This document shows, in pieces, positions 26,080 to 40,114 of a stretch of 64,000 bases of DNA. Source of the stretch: Ramazzottius varieornatus (Eukaryota; Animalia; Tardigrada); assembly GCA_001949185.1 (NCBI GenBank), contig BDGG01000012.1:426973-490972 (forward strand), given 5' to 3'. The notes below the pieces were generated by a model that worked only from the letters and a program-made list of their open reading frames with translations, had not been told where the DNA came from and made no database searches. The position numbers and the translations under genes are program-made. Positions within the stretch are counted from its first letter, which is position 1; each line of letters opens with the position of its first letter.

Positions 26080-27084
26080 AGTTCCTTCCAGAGGGTCCTC
26101 AGTGTGTAACTTATTGCTCTTCTTTTCTTTGGTTTTTGTTTGATCTTTTACTGCCTGTGTTTGCCTTACCCGTGAATCCGCGGGTGAGCTTCCGGCTAGG
26201 AGTGTGTATTGTGAGATCCTGGTTAAGTGTGGTACTGTATTTATTAAGCGGCATGTGCGGCTTGTGTGAATCTGTACATTATCGTTATTTGGACTGACTT
26301 TTTATTTCTTTCCAATTTCTGGACCAAACTCTTCGTTGTCTGAAGTTTTCTGTTGTTGAACAAGTTTAAAACCTCCTTTCCGATGCGAGATTGATTGTCG
26401 GTGAGCCTTCCGCAGAACTCCATCGTTTAACTGCCCCACTGCAATACTTGGAAACATATCACTTCCCGCCGACAGCAAACTGATGGTCCTAGCAGTCACA
26501 ACAGTGCGTAACTGTTTCAGCACGATGGGTTTGTCAAGGGTCATCGTCGCCGAAAAATTGGATACGCTTCTCGTGCATCATCTCACCATGGAAAGCCCGA
26601 GTGGTCAACTCATGTGTAGGCCAAGACGCGAAGTTGAGGGATGGACCCAGTTGTTGAGCATTGAGAACCGGTCTTCCTGTTGACAGGAGATGCGAACTCA
26701 AATCAGGTGCTCGATTACAGCCGGTTGTCTTGACAGAGAACAGAATTTCTTCAAGCCAAAAAATCTATATGTCGCTAACGAAGCCATATAATCCTGCCAC
26801 CGCCAGTTTATTAGCTGTACACGTACGCCAAGCTCTTTTGCTTATTAGACCGGTTTGATGCTCCCGCTTCGTAAGAACTAAAGCTACAACCTTTGATTGC
26901 AGTCCCTCATTTGGGACAAGTCGTTCAGAAGCCAAGTCACACAAGCAGTAAAGAGTAAAAAGCCAGGACGAGGTGAGCATGTAGTTCGAAGACCAAAGGA
27001 AGTGAAGTTCAAAAAAGAATAATCGTCCTGTGTCGCAAGTGTTACGAAAGAGCATCCAATCTATCAGTAAGTCTTCCAAGCGAC

Positions 27085-30000
27085 CTACAAGTTATTCTCT
27101 TCGGCTGCTTCTCCTCCTGGGCCTTCTTCATCGGTCCACTCGTCCGACGCCGAGACGTAACCGCTATAGTCATTCTCTTCTTCTCCATCGTCCTCTTCGC
27201 CATCCTCCTCGTCCGGTCCGTCCATCCACTCATCTTCTTCGCCACCGTACATATCATCTGAGTTTAGAACATGATTATGAGTACGAAGTGCGAAGTGCGC
27301 CGCTGCTGTTGTGAAGGAGCCTACCGTAATCATCGCCGGAATCGTCTCCTCCATAGATGTCACTGTCGTTGTCATCATCGTCATCCTCGTCGCCATAATC
27401 GTCCTCGTCTTCTCCATGCTCTTCGTCAAGCTCCTCTTGTGTCTTTCCAATCCCAATTTGAAACAAGCGACCATACGACCAATGTGTTTCGTTGTACTGT
27501 TCGGCGAAAGCAATGTGATTGTCCAAACAATCTGTTGCCATTGCAGTGAACTTCTTCTTGAGATCCCATGTCGCTGGGAAAGAAAGAACCTTCGTCGAAA
27601 AAACTGCACATCAAACATTGAGGCTCGAAGGAAACCCCTAGTCTTACCAATGGTGCTGTAGTCGAATGCGTCGATGGTCAGAACCTGTCCCTTGTACTGG
27701 CCGTTGATTTGGTCCACTTCCTCGTCCTCGATGAAGGGCATGGCGTAGATAATGTGACCGGAAGCATTGAACATCATGTGGGACTTGTGAAGGGCCGGAA
27801 TGGACTTGAGTAACTTGAAGTTTCGTACATCCCACTAAAGAAAAAATCGCATCAGTGGCAGACTCAGAGCTAGTAAAACAAACTCGACGTGTTCGTCATC
27901 GCAGGTGGCGCACGCTACCGACCAAACGCACTCGAAATGTGCACCACTTGGGAATCCGACGACAACAATGACAAAATACGCCACTTGGGAAAGCGATGCC
28001 GCCGACAATCTTACCACTTCGGAGTCGATGATGATGGTGTTTCCATTGGTATGGAAGATCCCATTAGAAGTTTCACGTTCGAACTGATCGAACTTGTGGA
28101 TGAGTTGTCCACTCCTTGCGTCAAAGATAAGACCGTCGTGGGTGATGAGATCGTCGGAAGGATGGAAGCTTGGACGGTTCCTCGAGTAATGACCGCTCAG
28201 ACCGTTATTCTGAAACATCAAGGTCCGGATGCCCGTCTCCAAGTCCAGCAGCTGCAACAAGAAAACCTTCTCATTGAAGTTGAGGGCGACCATTGCAAAA
28301 GTTAACTTACGAAACTGTCTTCCAGCTGCAGTCCGATGCCCGTGTTCGATCTCCAGTGCGGCATGTCCAAGTAATGCGTGTTCTCGTACTGCTTCAACAG
28401 AGCACATTCGGACTCGCCGTTGAACCTCCACATGGAACTTGTCTCGGTACAACAACTGAGGAAGGTGTTCTGATTGTCACTAGCCAAGGCCTTCACGTGG
28501 TAAGTCTCGCAGATGTCATGGCAAGGCTTCGAGAAGGTCGGCTAGAAAAAAATATCAGTTGAGTACGTTGACACGTTCATGCAAGCATTCGTTCACAAAA
28601 CTGCATACTCAAACATCGTTGCTTAGCTGACGTTCATTTTATGTAGGTGCGCGAAAGGCTATCTAAAAATGCATTACCCTTGTCAAGTCGCGCAGGTTGT
28701 ATCCGACTACGTATCCCTCACTTCCGCCCATGACGATGTCTTTTTGCATCGCACCCAAGAACGACACGGAGAGCATCCCATCAGCCGGGTCGAAAACTCC
28801 TGGATCGACACTAGGGAACTCGATGTTGCTGACGTGCTTAAACTTGCTGAAAATGTGGTGTCGATCCAAGTTCCTGCCATACAGGTGACCATCGTACCTA
28901 CCCAGTCTGGCGGTCATTCGCATGCAGACATCGGCCGGTGGTCGGAGGAGGTTTGAGGGTGGCGCACATCGGTGCTTCCTCTGAAGGGAGAAAGGTGGAC
29001 ACAGGGCGATGGGGTGCTCACATTCGGCATGCTGAGCCCGGAAGCTGTTGGCTACGATACCGACGAGGTTCGGAAAGCCGTTGACTGTCGTAGGTGCATC
29101 GGTGGCGTCGAGGATCTCGTTCTTTTGAGTGGAGGCCAGAGAAGCCGGTGGAAGGCTCTTTGGTGTATGAGGAATCTTGAATCCGTTCGCTGGAGTAGCC
29201 GTGCTGGACGAAGAAGGCGAACTGAGAACTAGGAAAGAAGGTGCTCATGTTATAGATCACCTTCATGCATGTTATGCTGTGTGTATGTCTTACTTCCGGT
29301 TTGCCCTCTGACAATGCCAGGACTGATGGACAATCTATTCCTTCGCTCGGTTCGTTCGCTATTGGGCGTGTTCTGTACGGCGACCCTCTTCAAGCCGACT
29401 TCGTCAATCAGGCATTCAGCCGTGTTCTTCAGGTCACGACTCTCCAAATGAGCCAGAAGCAAAAGGTCTATCTCTTGAGAAGCGAAGGTGATTCTTGTTC
29501 GTTTCACAATGTCTTGCTTGGCCACGTAGTCCACCAGGTTCACCGGAATAGGGCTTTTCAGCTTGATTTCAAAGACCATCTCTAGTAACTCAGTGGCGTA
29601 CTTCTCGAACTTGGGACTGTCGATGGGATTTACGGACGTACTTTTGTCTCGTTGAATCAAAACTGCGAGAAAATCCATTGGTTCTATTCAGTATTAACCA
29701 CTTCACTAATTTCAAATTTGATTTACTACTTTTCCTACTTTGGTTCGGACTTTTATGATACCTTGAAGTTCTCCGCCACGGATGAAGGAGAGCTGCTGGA
29801 AGATCTGCCGACATGGTGCCGACCGAGCTATTCCAGCTAAAACCTTACAAGCCAGTGCTCGAAGTCCCGGCAAGTCTGATGGCTGCACTGGATCATCTTC
29901 GTCCGTAGCTTTGGGGTTCAGAATCCGCAGCATGTTGCGAATGCCGCGATATCTGCGCAACAGACCAACGAGCATCTCGAAGTGTCCGACATCGTTCCAG

Positions 30001-33000
30001 AACGGCCTGCCGACACCCTTCTTCTGAGACGCGAACTCGATCTCCACATCGGTCTTCTGCAATGCCAAAAGGCTAGCTTCGCAGTTAAATTTAAATAACG
30101 ACCATGAGACTGATATGACAAAGACTTACACCGGTTCGAAGCCCATAAACGCAGTTGGCAATGACTTGTAACGCTGCTTTTTGGATATCGACGTTATGAC
30201 CTTCTCTCGACAGTCGCAGAAGCAATCTTTCAAAAAGGCATCCAGATACAGAACTTTTCTCTAATTTGGAGAAATGTTGACTGCTTACCCAATTCCGCTG
30301 ATGGTCGACTCAGGGTTTCCAGGCGCGATTGGCTGGCTTTTGTAGGCGATGAGGACATCCTGGGCCTTCTGCGCCAGAACGCACTTCTCGAGTATCTCCA
30401 GGCACGACTTGTGGTACGGCGTGATACCGAAGTCCCTTATATTGATCCAGTCGACATCGACGATCTCCAGGATGATCAGCAGCCGGTCGATGCCACCGTA
30501 CTCGGCGAACCTGGCGACTCTGCCGAGCCAGCCGCGAGTGGCGCGACATAACGGCGTATTGGTCAGGATGTACTCTCGCAGGCTATCCAGACCTTCCTTA
30601 TCTTGTGTGAAAGCCTAGAAAAACATACCGACTTTCGAAATATTCTGTCGATAGACTATCTTAATAAAAGTTCGGCAAACAAACTCGACAACATTGCTTT
30701 CAAGTGGTGCACGTTCTCAGCGTTACCGGCTGGAGGCGTGGGCCATCTCATCGAGTTCCCAAGTGGCGCACGTTCTTACTGTTATCGGCCGGTACCGTGC
30801 GGTACTTGGAAAAAAACTTATCGAGTACGTTTGCCTGGTTCCCGTTTCATACCTTGTTGTGCGAAATTCCACGTTTCCCACTGCGAAACCACTCAGCTTT
30901 CATGATCATGTCGGTGGTGAAGTAAGTGAGCAAGGCTTGAAAGACGGCAGTCAAGGCTTCTGTGGCGGCGACCAGTTGTTCATCGGTGGCGAGTTCTCGT
31001 TCCAGTTCCCCCTGTTGCTTCCAGAAGTATTCGTAATGCGTTAGCTACAACCAGAAACATTACATGTCCGCCCTTGAAGTGACGGAGAAAGATAAAACGG
31101 CGGACATACCAAGTTGAGGAGTTGTCGTAAGCCTTCAGTGCCTTCCTGGTCGAAAACTTCCATAAACTGTCGGTACTGAAGAGCTTTGACGAAGAACTTA
31201 GCGGCCCACTTCCGGGCTGACTCGTGACCGGACTTCAAACCGGCTTCGACCATGTAGATAGTAGCTTGGGTAACCAGAAAGCTCGGGTAGCTGGCCTCAC
31301 CCGGATTCTTGATCATCTACGACAGCCAAACCATCAGAAAATCACCAAAAGTTCATAATCGAAATCCTAAACTAAAGCAGAAGCGTCGACTCACCGTTTC
31401 AAGGGCGTACTCGGACGACTGAACAATATTCATCATGACTTTGACGACAAAGACCGATGGGATGGACGGAAATGGGATCTTCAGTAACTGCGTTAGCCGA
31501 GTTGGAGTTTCAAAGAACTTTGAAGTGAATCTATGGTTCGTCAGAAGGTTGGCCAACAACTGCAAAAAGTTACATAGTCAGTATGATTAGCAGGTGGTGA
31601 AATAACATTAGAACGATACAGTTAACTTACAGATATGACCTGACCAAGTATTCGGACATTGATACGTTTCCTGTAGTCGAGAAACTCGTAGCATAGTCTC
31701 AAACCATCCTGCTCGTAGAAACCCGAGCCGAAGTCATCTGGTAGAGTGGCGAGCCCGACGAGGAAGTCAAGCGTTAACCTCACCTCCAGGTTCTCATCCA
31801 TCGGAAGTACCCTAAAGTTCTGCGATACTTCACCCATCTGCAGTCTCTCATACTCTGCCCACGACGAAGTCGAGGACGTCTCATCGATGTTTCTGACCTC
31901 AGAGACCGCTGAGTTTTGGTTCGACTTGAGCTTCTTCCTTCGAGGGGCAGAAGAGCTCGGTGTGCTCACGTCTGCCCCGATGTGGCTTCTGGATCTCTCT
32001 AAGCGACGCTTGGAGCCACTCTTTGGAACGGGAGGAGGCGTCTGGAATAACTGGGCCGCGTTATCGGTATCGGCATTCTGGGGAGCCTTGCTTGTGGATG
32101 GCGTTGATGGTGCGGGCTCGTTGCGCGACTCGGTTTCGCTGATGGTTGAGAAGAGTGGCCGGAAAGCCGTGAGGTATTCTCGGAGCCGACGAAAGCATCC
32201 GGAAACCTTTCACAACAGAAAATAGAGAAAAATATTCTATTAATAGAAAAGAATAAAGACAGAAACGAATACTCTATTGGATTAGTGTATGATCCGACTG
32301 AAATCCTGGACGTTGGTCTTACCAGATTTCGGACAGGGCCCAGCTTGATCCTGAACTCATCGATGACCACTCGTTCGAAGCACGTGCCATAAATTCCGAA
32401 AAGTAGCGCGCGTATTTCCGTCGCGTTGCGGGTTGGAAGGCGGACAGCTTGGGAAGAGGGTGGCTCGAAGGACATCATCTGCATGCATGGAAAGAAAATT
32501 TCGTCGTGTTCGAAGAACAGCCTCATGATCTCGGCGTCTTCCGTGTCGCTGGCGGAGAGACTCTGTACCACAGCATAGATGATCGCCGCTGCGTAATACT
32601 GGATGTCGGGATCGTTCTCGCTGTCGCACAAGTAAGAAACGCAAAGCTGGAACAGAAACCATACGTGGACAACCGGACGTAGAATCGCAAATTGTTACGT
32701 TCGATTGATTTGAGTCCATGTATCATCTTGATTGCTGAGAATGCAAATTTTGACATTTCGACATACAGCTTTGATGAGATCGTCGTCCACGGAATCATCG
32801 AAGATTTTCGACACTTTCTCCATCAGAAAGTGTATTTTAGGACTTTCAGACTCTCGGGAAGATAACACATCATCCGCAGGATCACGGTGAAGGCCAAGAG
32901 CTTCTTCGAAAGCTTCCTGGACAAGAAGGGCCAACCTGAAATTTTTCACGTTTAGCATTACGCTTACCGGTAATTTCCCATTACTAATCAACAGGTACTT

Positions 33001-33283
33001 ACTGCTTCATGGTCTGCAGCATTTCCGCATTCCGTTTTCTTGAGCTCAGACCTGTACCAAATGCTTCTATGATCACCTCCGCATCTTTCTTGTAGGTATC
33101 ACTAAGAGCACGAAAGCGTCTGTTGGAACGTAATCCTCTCGGAACGCCGGCCATCTGATCAGCGGCAGCCAGCAGATCACCAGCCATCTGATCCAGAAAA
33201 TCCATATCGTTAGCAGCATCTTCGTCGTCTAACGGTGGAGAATGATCGTGCTCAAAGTTCCCGGGATCTTCCTCGTCCGCCAT
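27085..33283 (-). CDS. DCAF1: DCAF1/VprBP (mahjong) CRL4 substrate receptor: ARM-like, LisH, WD40, acidic tail
   Basis: LRALACKVLAGIARS; LisH QEIDLLLLAHLESRDLKNTAECLIDEVGL; LDRHHIFSKFK; IHKFDQF; TIDAFDYSTI; long D/E-rich C-terminus. Confidence 0.92.
27893..27998. repeat. Family-A intronic hairpin with an extra arm (DCAF1)
   Basis: CAGGTGGCGCACG / TGTGCACCACTTGGGAA, plus a second CGCCACTTGGGAAAGCGAT. Confidence 0.8.
30682..30826. repeat. Tandem double family-A intronic hairpin (DCAF1)
   Basis: TTTCAAGTGGTGCACG / GCGTGGGCCATCT, then TTCCCAAGTGGCGCACG / CGTGCGGTACTTGGAA. Confidence 0.85.
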
Positions 33284-33936
33284 GGTGAGCGAAGGTGAAG
33301 TGGACACGGGATACCGATCAGATTTAGGTGGACCAAACAGAAAGAAGGGAAGATTGTCCGCCGGAAAGCAGATGTCGCTCAGCCTGTAATCAGCAACAAC
33401 ATCGGGCGTCTCTTTTTCTAACAATACCGTATAGGCGTATACTATATATTCATGATCCACAAGGCTCAGACGAGCTGAAGATCGAAGAGCAGGAGCCAGG
33501 AAGATGTCGCGATCGAGGGGAAAATGACATGACCAATTGACCATGAGGTTCAGAATAAAAATTTTCAGAAGCGAACTAGCGAAGACTCGAAGAGCGAACG
33601 TTATCCCCGGCTCAGATTTCAGTGCCGGCGCGGAAAGCGGCAGATAGTCCGACCCAAGTCACCAAGTGGAGGTATCGAGTCGGGAATAGGGGCACGCCAC
33701 CGGCCAGCCTGCAGAGTGCGGGCTGCGGGTCACCGTGCGGTCACCTATCAGCTGACGAAGCCTGATCTTCTGATTTCCTGCTCTGTTGACGTTTTCAATC
33801 TGGATCTTCTCCGACTTCTGATCCTGAAGAAACCTTGTCGAGACTCGAGGTGGAAATCAGAATGCCTGCTGATATCGGGAACTGTTAGATCTGAGGATCG
33901 TCATTCTGAATTCGTTCGTATGGTGCCGATGCGATA

Positions 33937-36900
33937 ATGGGCAACCATTATTCTGTTTCGACTGCGGAGCAGATCTATCCTGTGGAGCATTATTTCACAG
34001 ATCTTCCAACCCTAACGCTTGGTCCAAAGTAAGTTTCTTTACGGGGTTATATGTTTGCCATAAGTCACACATGAATGGTTGATATCTCACAGGCTCGGAA
34101 GTACGCGGTTTATGAAGGTGACAAGAGCAAACCACAGGTATGTGGTCTTCCTTAAGTCAGTTAACCGATCCAGCTAAAAGTATAGTAATCTTGCTTTTAC
34201 AGTGAAGGACCGTGCGTAGTGAAAATCTTTGTCATCCACGATCGAAGCTTGAGCTTAGAACTATATCAGAAAGTTTTGTCAGGTACGCAAGCACATCTAA
34301 GCTGCACGTAGATCGAGTTGGAGTTCCTTTCATGACAATTTGCCTTTAATAGCACAACGAGACGCTCTGCAATACTCCACCCACTGCCTCCCGTTTTCTT
34401 ACTTCGTGGTACGCGGGCATACAACTTTTCACTTCTCCTGCGATGGTCCTCTTACTACCTTACCCTTTCCGTAGCGCTCGGATCGCTCTGCTGCACTCTG
34501 TCGAGCATTCGTCAAAGACACACTGTACGACCGTATGAATGCCCGACCGTACCTGCTGGACATGGAGAAGAAATGGATAGCATTTCAGATTCTATCTGGT
34601 CTCCAGGAATGTCACGAGAAAAATGTACGTCGAAGACACCTTTCATTAGGTTTTTTTATAGCACAGAAGACCTTATAATGCTCATGTTCTATTTTGTTTC
34701 TAGGTTTGTCACGGCGATATCAAGAGCACGAACATCGCTGTGACCAGCTGGTTCTGGACGTACCTGACGGACTTTGCCAGCTTCAAGCCCACATTCCTCC
34801 CCGATGTAGGCTGGTTAACCCGGTTACGGAATGAGTATAGGTAGGGAATGACAGAATTTCTGTAGGGCGACCCGGCGGACTTCAACTACTTTTTCGACAC
34901 GAGTCGCCGACGAACCTGCTATATAGCCCCGGAAAGGTTTCTGAAGGGCGTGGCGGTGGCCTCCTCCGATGTGGTCAGTTGGAAGCTCTCGCTGCCTGAG
35001 CAGCAGCAGGAAGCGCGGATGGCTAAGCTCCACTGGTCCATGGATATCTTCTCAGCTGGGTAGGTGAACCTTCAAAACTCTATCAACAAGACTTAGGGGA
35101 AGCTAAGCAAAGAACTTCGACAAGATTGTTTTCCCAAGTAGCGCGCATTTTCAGTTGTGTTTGCTGGAGCAGTGCGCTACTGGGATGAACGACCTTGTCG
35201 AATTCGTCCCAAGTGATCTTTCGACAAGTAACAGGTCGGGGTTGTGTGTTTGTTTGTTTCCAGTTGTGTACTGCTGGAGCTTTTTGGTGACGGAGACCCT
35301 CCATTCGACCTGTCGAGGTTGCTGGCCTATCGAAGTGGGGAGTTTTCCCCGACCGAGGCTTTGAACAAGGTTGAGAGCGACGGCCTACGGGTAAGCATCC
35401 ATATCTATTTTGAACTGGCTTGGTTCAAGAACTGTTGTCCGTTGTAGAGCCTGATAGAAAACATGATCCAAAAGGATCCTACTGCCCGAAGACCCGCTGC
35501 TGAGTATCTTCAGTCACTACGCGGAAATGTCTTTCCTGAAGTATTTTACTCGTTTTTTAACGGGTATATGCACAACTACTGCCTACCAGCCATTCCAGAT
35601 GACAAAATCATTCGGTAAATTCTAGCCGTTTTTGACTGTGTTTCCGCTGAGACAGGGTTTGGTTATCTCACTTTTTGGAATTTTCAGACTGAAGAAAGAT
35701 TTGCCCGGCATAATAGATCGACTTGCGGAAAGCGAGTCTGACTGTTTCGTCTTGGTCTTGTCCTTATTACTCTCCAACTGGAGATGCTTGAATCACTGTG
35801 ATGCTAAACTGGCCGCATTGGACATTGCGGAACAACTAGCCCCGTTACTTCCGGTGGAGTTGGTCTTGGACAGACTACTTCCTTATCTGGTAAACTTTTC
35901 GAAAATCGTAAAAGTTGTATCAAGACACTCTGTGAAAAGAACTTGTATTCTCCCCGGAGCTTCTTGATTGTTGCTCGATTGATTGATTAATACCTGTTCT
36001 TTTTTAGTTGACGTGTGTGGACGACGAGCTACCATCCATTCGCTCCAGCTTCATCGTCACATTCACCAAGATCCTCCGCACCATTCCCTCCGTCCGGCGC
36101 AACGAAGGCCACATCTTCCGCGCCTACATCCTGCCCGACATTGAGAAGCTGGTCGCTGATGCCGACCAGCGAGTACGGACTACCTTCGCTATGCATCTGG
36201 CCGACCTGGCTGAAACCTCCATGCGTTTCCTTGAGCTCTCCTACTTGAGCTCCACCAGTGTCTCCAGTCAGGAAACGCTGTACGGTCTGCAGAATGAAGA
36301 TCGCTACCCCTTCGACGTGGAACGTATGCTACTCTTGAGGTACTTCCAGTCGTTACTGGAGAAGATGGTCCTTCGGCAGAGTAACTCTGTCAAGAGGGCG
36401 CTACTGGAACATGGAATGGCTAAACTGTGTCAGGTCTTTGGAAGGAAATTGACAAGAGAGATTATACTACCACACCTCGTCACATTCCTTAACGAGAAGG
36501 TAACTAATATTACCTTCACTTGTGTGGAATTCTTGGCTTCAGTAACTCCACGTCTTTATAGCCGGACTGGCAGCTTCGAGTTGCCTTCTTTGGATCGATT
36601 GTCGGACTGGCCACGTTTGTTGGCTTAGAAGGTGCTGGGGTCTTTCGAGCGCTGTTGGAACAAGTAAAGAAGATGTGGAACCGTTTGGTCGTTTTCATTG
36701 TGGAAAATGCTTCATTTTTCAGGGTTTGACTGACCCTGAGGAGTTTGTTTTGCTGCAAGCTCTCAGAGCTTTCCTCGACTTGGTCAAGCTCCAACTCATG
36801 CCCAAACGCTCGGTGACCGAACTGCTGCAGTTCTGTGCGTGCTTGGTCATTCACCCGGTAAGAGTCCTTCCGTGCGCCCACGACTGTACCGCAAACGTGT

Positions 36901-39846
36901 TTACGTATGTCAGTCGTACATGTCAACCTCTGGTATCTTAGAACTTGTGGATACGAAGAACCGCGGTTGCTTTGTTTGTTACTGCATGTAAGGAAACCGA
37001 CTTCGCGGACCGGCAAATTCGCATCCGACCGTTACTGCTAAACTTCCTTGACCCAAAAATCACTTTCATTGACGAGGAGGTAAGATGACATTCTGAAGCA
37101 CTCATCTGCATTTCACGTTATGTCTGAAGAGCTGCGTCAGATAACGGGGCATTGTTGCAGGAATCCTTACTAGGAGCGTTGGTTGCTGCGATAGATCGAC
37201 GTATCTTCTCTGTCATAACGGAAGGGCGAGCCGCACGAACCTTACTCCAGTTCCTCCAAACTCATGCCGACAGCCGATTGAAGCTTTCTCAAGAAGACGA
37301 CATGGTCCTTCGTATCAGTATATCCGAGTATCAGCTGTACCAGCGCCTGCACTCATTTGGCATCTCCGAAAACGACCGGAAGAAAATTCTGGTTAGAGCT
37401 CTTATCAAAGACGACAAGTGTTTCCTTACACCTTCGTCAGAATCGGTTCTTTTTTCTAGCTAATGCTGGATTTCGTGCTAAAGCTGCGAATACCGTCTCA
37501 AACGATGGAGAAGGAATTGGCGATGGAGGCCGACACGTTAAGCGAGCGCACCAAGATTGTGACAAAGATTGAACACACTGTGCCTGTTCGGTCCGTACCG
37601 GAAATCCCGGGCTTCGAAGGTGTAGTGGACCTGATGGTGCCTTCAAGCCTTCCTCGAAGGGACAAGCAGACGATAAACGACTATATGCTTCGAACCGCTA
37701 TGGTATGCAGTATATCTACCTTTGATGAGGTCATCTAACATTGCCAATCTTACAACCTGTCGTGTCGGACAGAGCCAGGAATGGTCAGCGGTGTTCGGTC
37801 CAGATAACCGTGAGACCACTCCGCAGTCGACGGTTCAAAAGGATACAGAGGACCCTGCAGCCGTTCCTGCACCGAACCATCTAGCCGATACGCAAAGTTC
37901 GTCTTCCGCCTCGACGCCGAGCAAACACAGTAAATTATAGCTCGCGCCACGTCTTTCTCCCTTTGTGGTCGAGTACCGTTGTCACAAGTCTTTTTATCTG
38001 GTGTGTTTGGCTAGTTGCCGTTCGGATTCCCGACTGCGAGATGGAGCTTCGGCGCTACATCCAGATGAGGCTACAGGAACGAAGCGTCGAACTGAGCAAT
38101 GAAGTCTCACTTACGGACCTCGAACCACCTGCGCTATACTACGATATGCTGAGAGACTGGAAGCCTACTGGTCATCTAGTTGCCCATTTGCATGAGCATA
38201 AAGCCGCCGTCGTCCGGTAAGTCGTGGTACCTGTCTTAACGAACTTATCACCAAATGCATACCCGTCGTGTTCAACGGAATGTTTTTTTATTGTAGGTTG
38301 CGGTCCAACAGAAGTAATGGTGACATCTTGAGCTGCTCTCTGGATGGTACCGTCAAGCTGTGGGATTGTGCACGGATGGAAGGCCGAAGCTTATCCAATA
38401 GAGCAAAGTTCACGTACAAGCAGATGAAGAGTCCGATAAGAGCTTTGACGTACTGCGAAGAATGGAAATCTTTCGCCTGTGCTGGGGAAAACGGAAGTCT
38501 CCACGTAGTCAGGTAAGGAACACTAGTTGTACTCCAATTAGTATGATTGGGTACTTCTCAGTCATAATCTTCGAGCATTCTGGGTTTACAGGTTAGAGTC
38601 GGATGTAACCAAGTGTACCACGAAACTGGAACGCTTTGTCGACCCAACTCGGGACGGAAATGTGGTAGATATGGGATACTGCGACCCAGGTATGGTACTT
38701 GGCTGTATCTTCCAGTCACGGACTTTAGCTTTCTGTTACATTGACCACTCCGCTCTGTTTTAGGTTCCCAGAATATCGTAGCTTTCGTCACTTCGCAAGG
38801 CGTCATCGCCGGCTGGGATTTGCGAACCGCTGGCCATGTGTGGAAACTCCAAAGCGACCTGCGATACGGTAAGTATCTCAGCTGGAAGATTTGTGAAGCT
38901 TCTCTGGTGAAAAGTCTGGACTGTTTCAGGAATGTTAAAGACATTCTGTATCAGTCCAGAGCAGAGCTGGATTACAAGCGGAAGTAAGGACGGTTTTATC
39001 GTCACATGGGACCTTCGCTTCCGCATACCCATCACAAACCTCCAGCACCCGGCCGGGGCACCCATCAGCCGGCTGTACACCCACCCGAATATAGACAGTG
39101 CAGTCATAGCTTGCGCCAAAGGTAACAATGAGGTGACGGTTTGGGACACGGCGACCAAACAGCGCATCATGGGAGTGTGGTGCGGGCCTCCTGCACCCTA
39201 TACTTTTGGCCAACCTGATACCACCAGCCATTACTCTATCCGAGGTCTCCAGATTCTCTGTTGTGAGAACCGCCACATGTCCTTCATAACGGGAGGTACT
39301 GATCGAAGGCTAAGGTATTGGGATACCACACAAGCGGAGCAGTCGTACATGATCGCAGCCGCCACTGGCGAAACCGTGGTCGATCGGAAACTCCAGTGCA
39401 AGTAAGTCTATGCAATATGGGGCAAAGGCGGTGAGTCGGTCACCCCTGGTGTTTACCGGGTGACGTCAGCGAGCCAAAGACTTTCTCAGGGTGGCTGATT
39501 CAGCTGGCCTACCACGCTGGAAAGCTGTCTATACGACGATAGTTATACTGAACCGTATTGATAACCAAAACCGAGGCTTTGGTGTTCTAGATGCGTTCAG
39601 GTGGAGACAGTTGACGTCTTGTACGAGTTCCAGTCCTCAGTACGATCCATGTCAGCTTCCACCAGTGGAGTTTCTTCTTCCTTCACCAGAGACCCGGATT
39701 CTCACGCTAATGCCCGAGCACCCCTCGCTGATCTACCGTCCACTGGCCATGCTGATGCCGTCAACGATCTGGTCATCTGCTCAACGGGCAACCAGTTGTT
39801 TTTAGTTTCGGCTTCCCGCGATGGTATTGTCAAAGTCTGGAAGTAG
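33937..39846 (+). CDS. PIK3R4: PIK3R4/Vps15 (myristoylated kinase-like, HEAT and WD40 domains)
   Basis: MGN start, [92 protein letters not shown]. Confidence 0.95.
35112..35205. repeat. Family-A intronic hairpin (PIK3R4)
   Basis: TTCGACAAGATTGTTTTCCCAAGTAGCGCGC / GTGCGCTACTGGGATGAACGACCTTGTCGAA. Confidence 0.9.
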
Positions 39847-40114
39847 TTTCGTTTCAATCTTATTTCTAGTCAGACTTTATATACCAGTGCTGAGTAAGTT
39901 GCCTTGATCTCTAATGTGATAAACGACGACGATATGTTTTTAAAACGAAAAGTGTACAGAAGTAGGAATAAACTTACTAAAACCTGAAGAAAAATCTTTA
40001 TCTGACAAAAGCACGCATCTTAAACAAATAAGAACGACTCTTAGAGGAATTTTGAGCAACTTCACGGAATATCTCTGACGGAGGAAATGGAAGAGAAATT
40101 AGAATGGGGCAGTT

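Noticed and set aside
28957-28972. GGGTGGCGCACATC resembling the family-A core
   Set aside because: It lies in a DCAF1 coding exon with no partner arm. Chance match.
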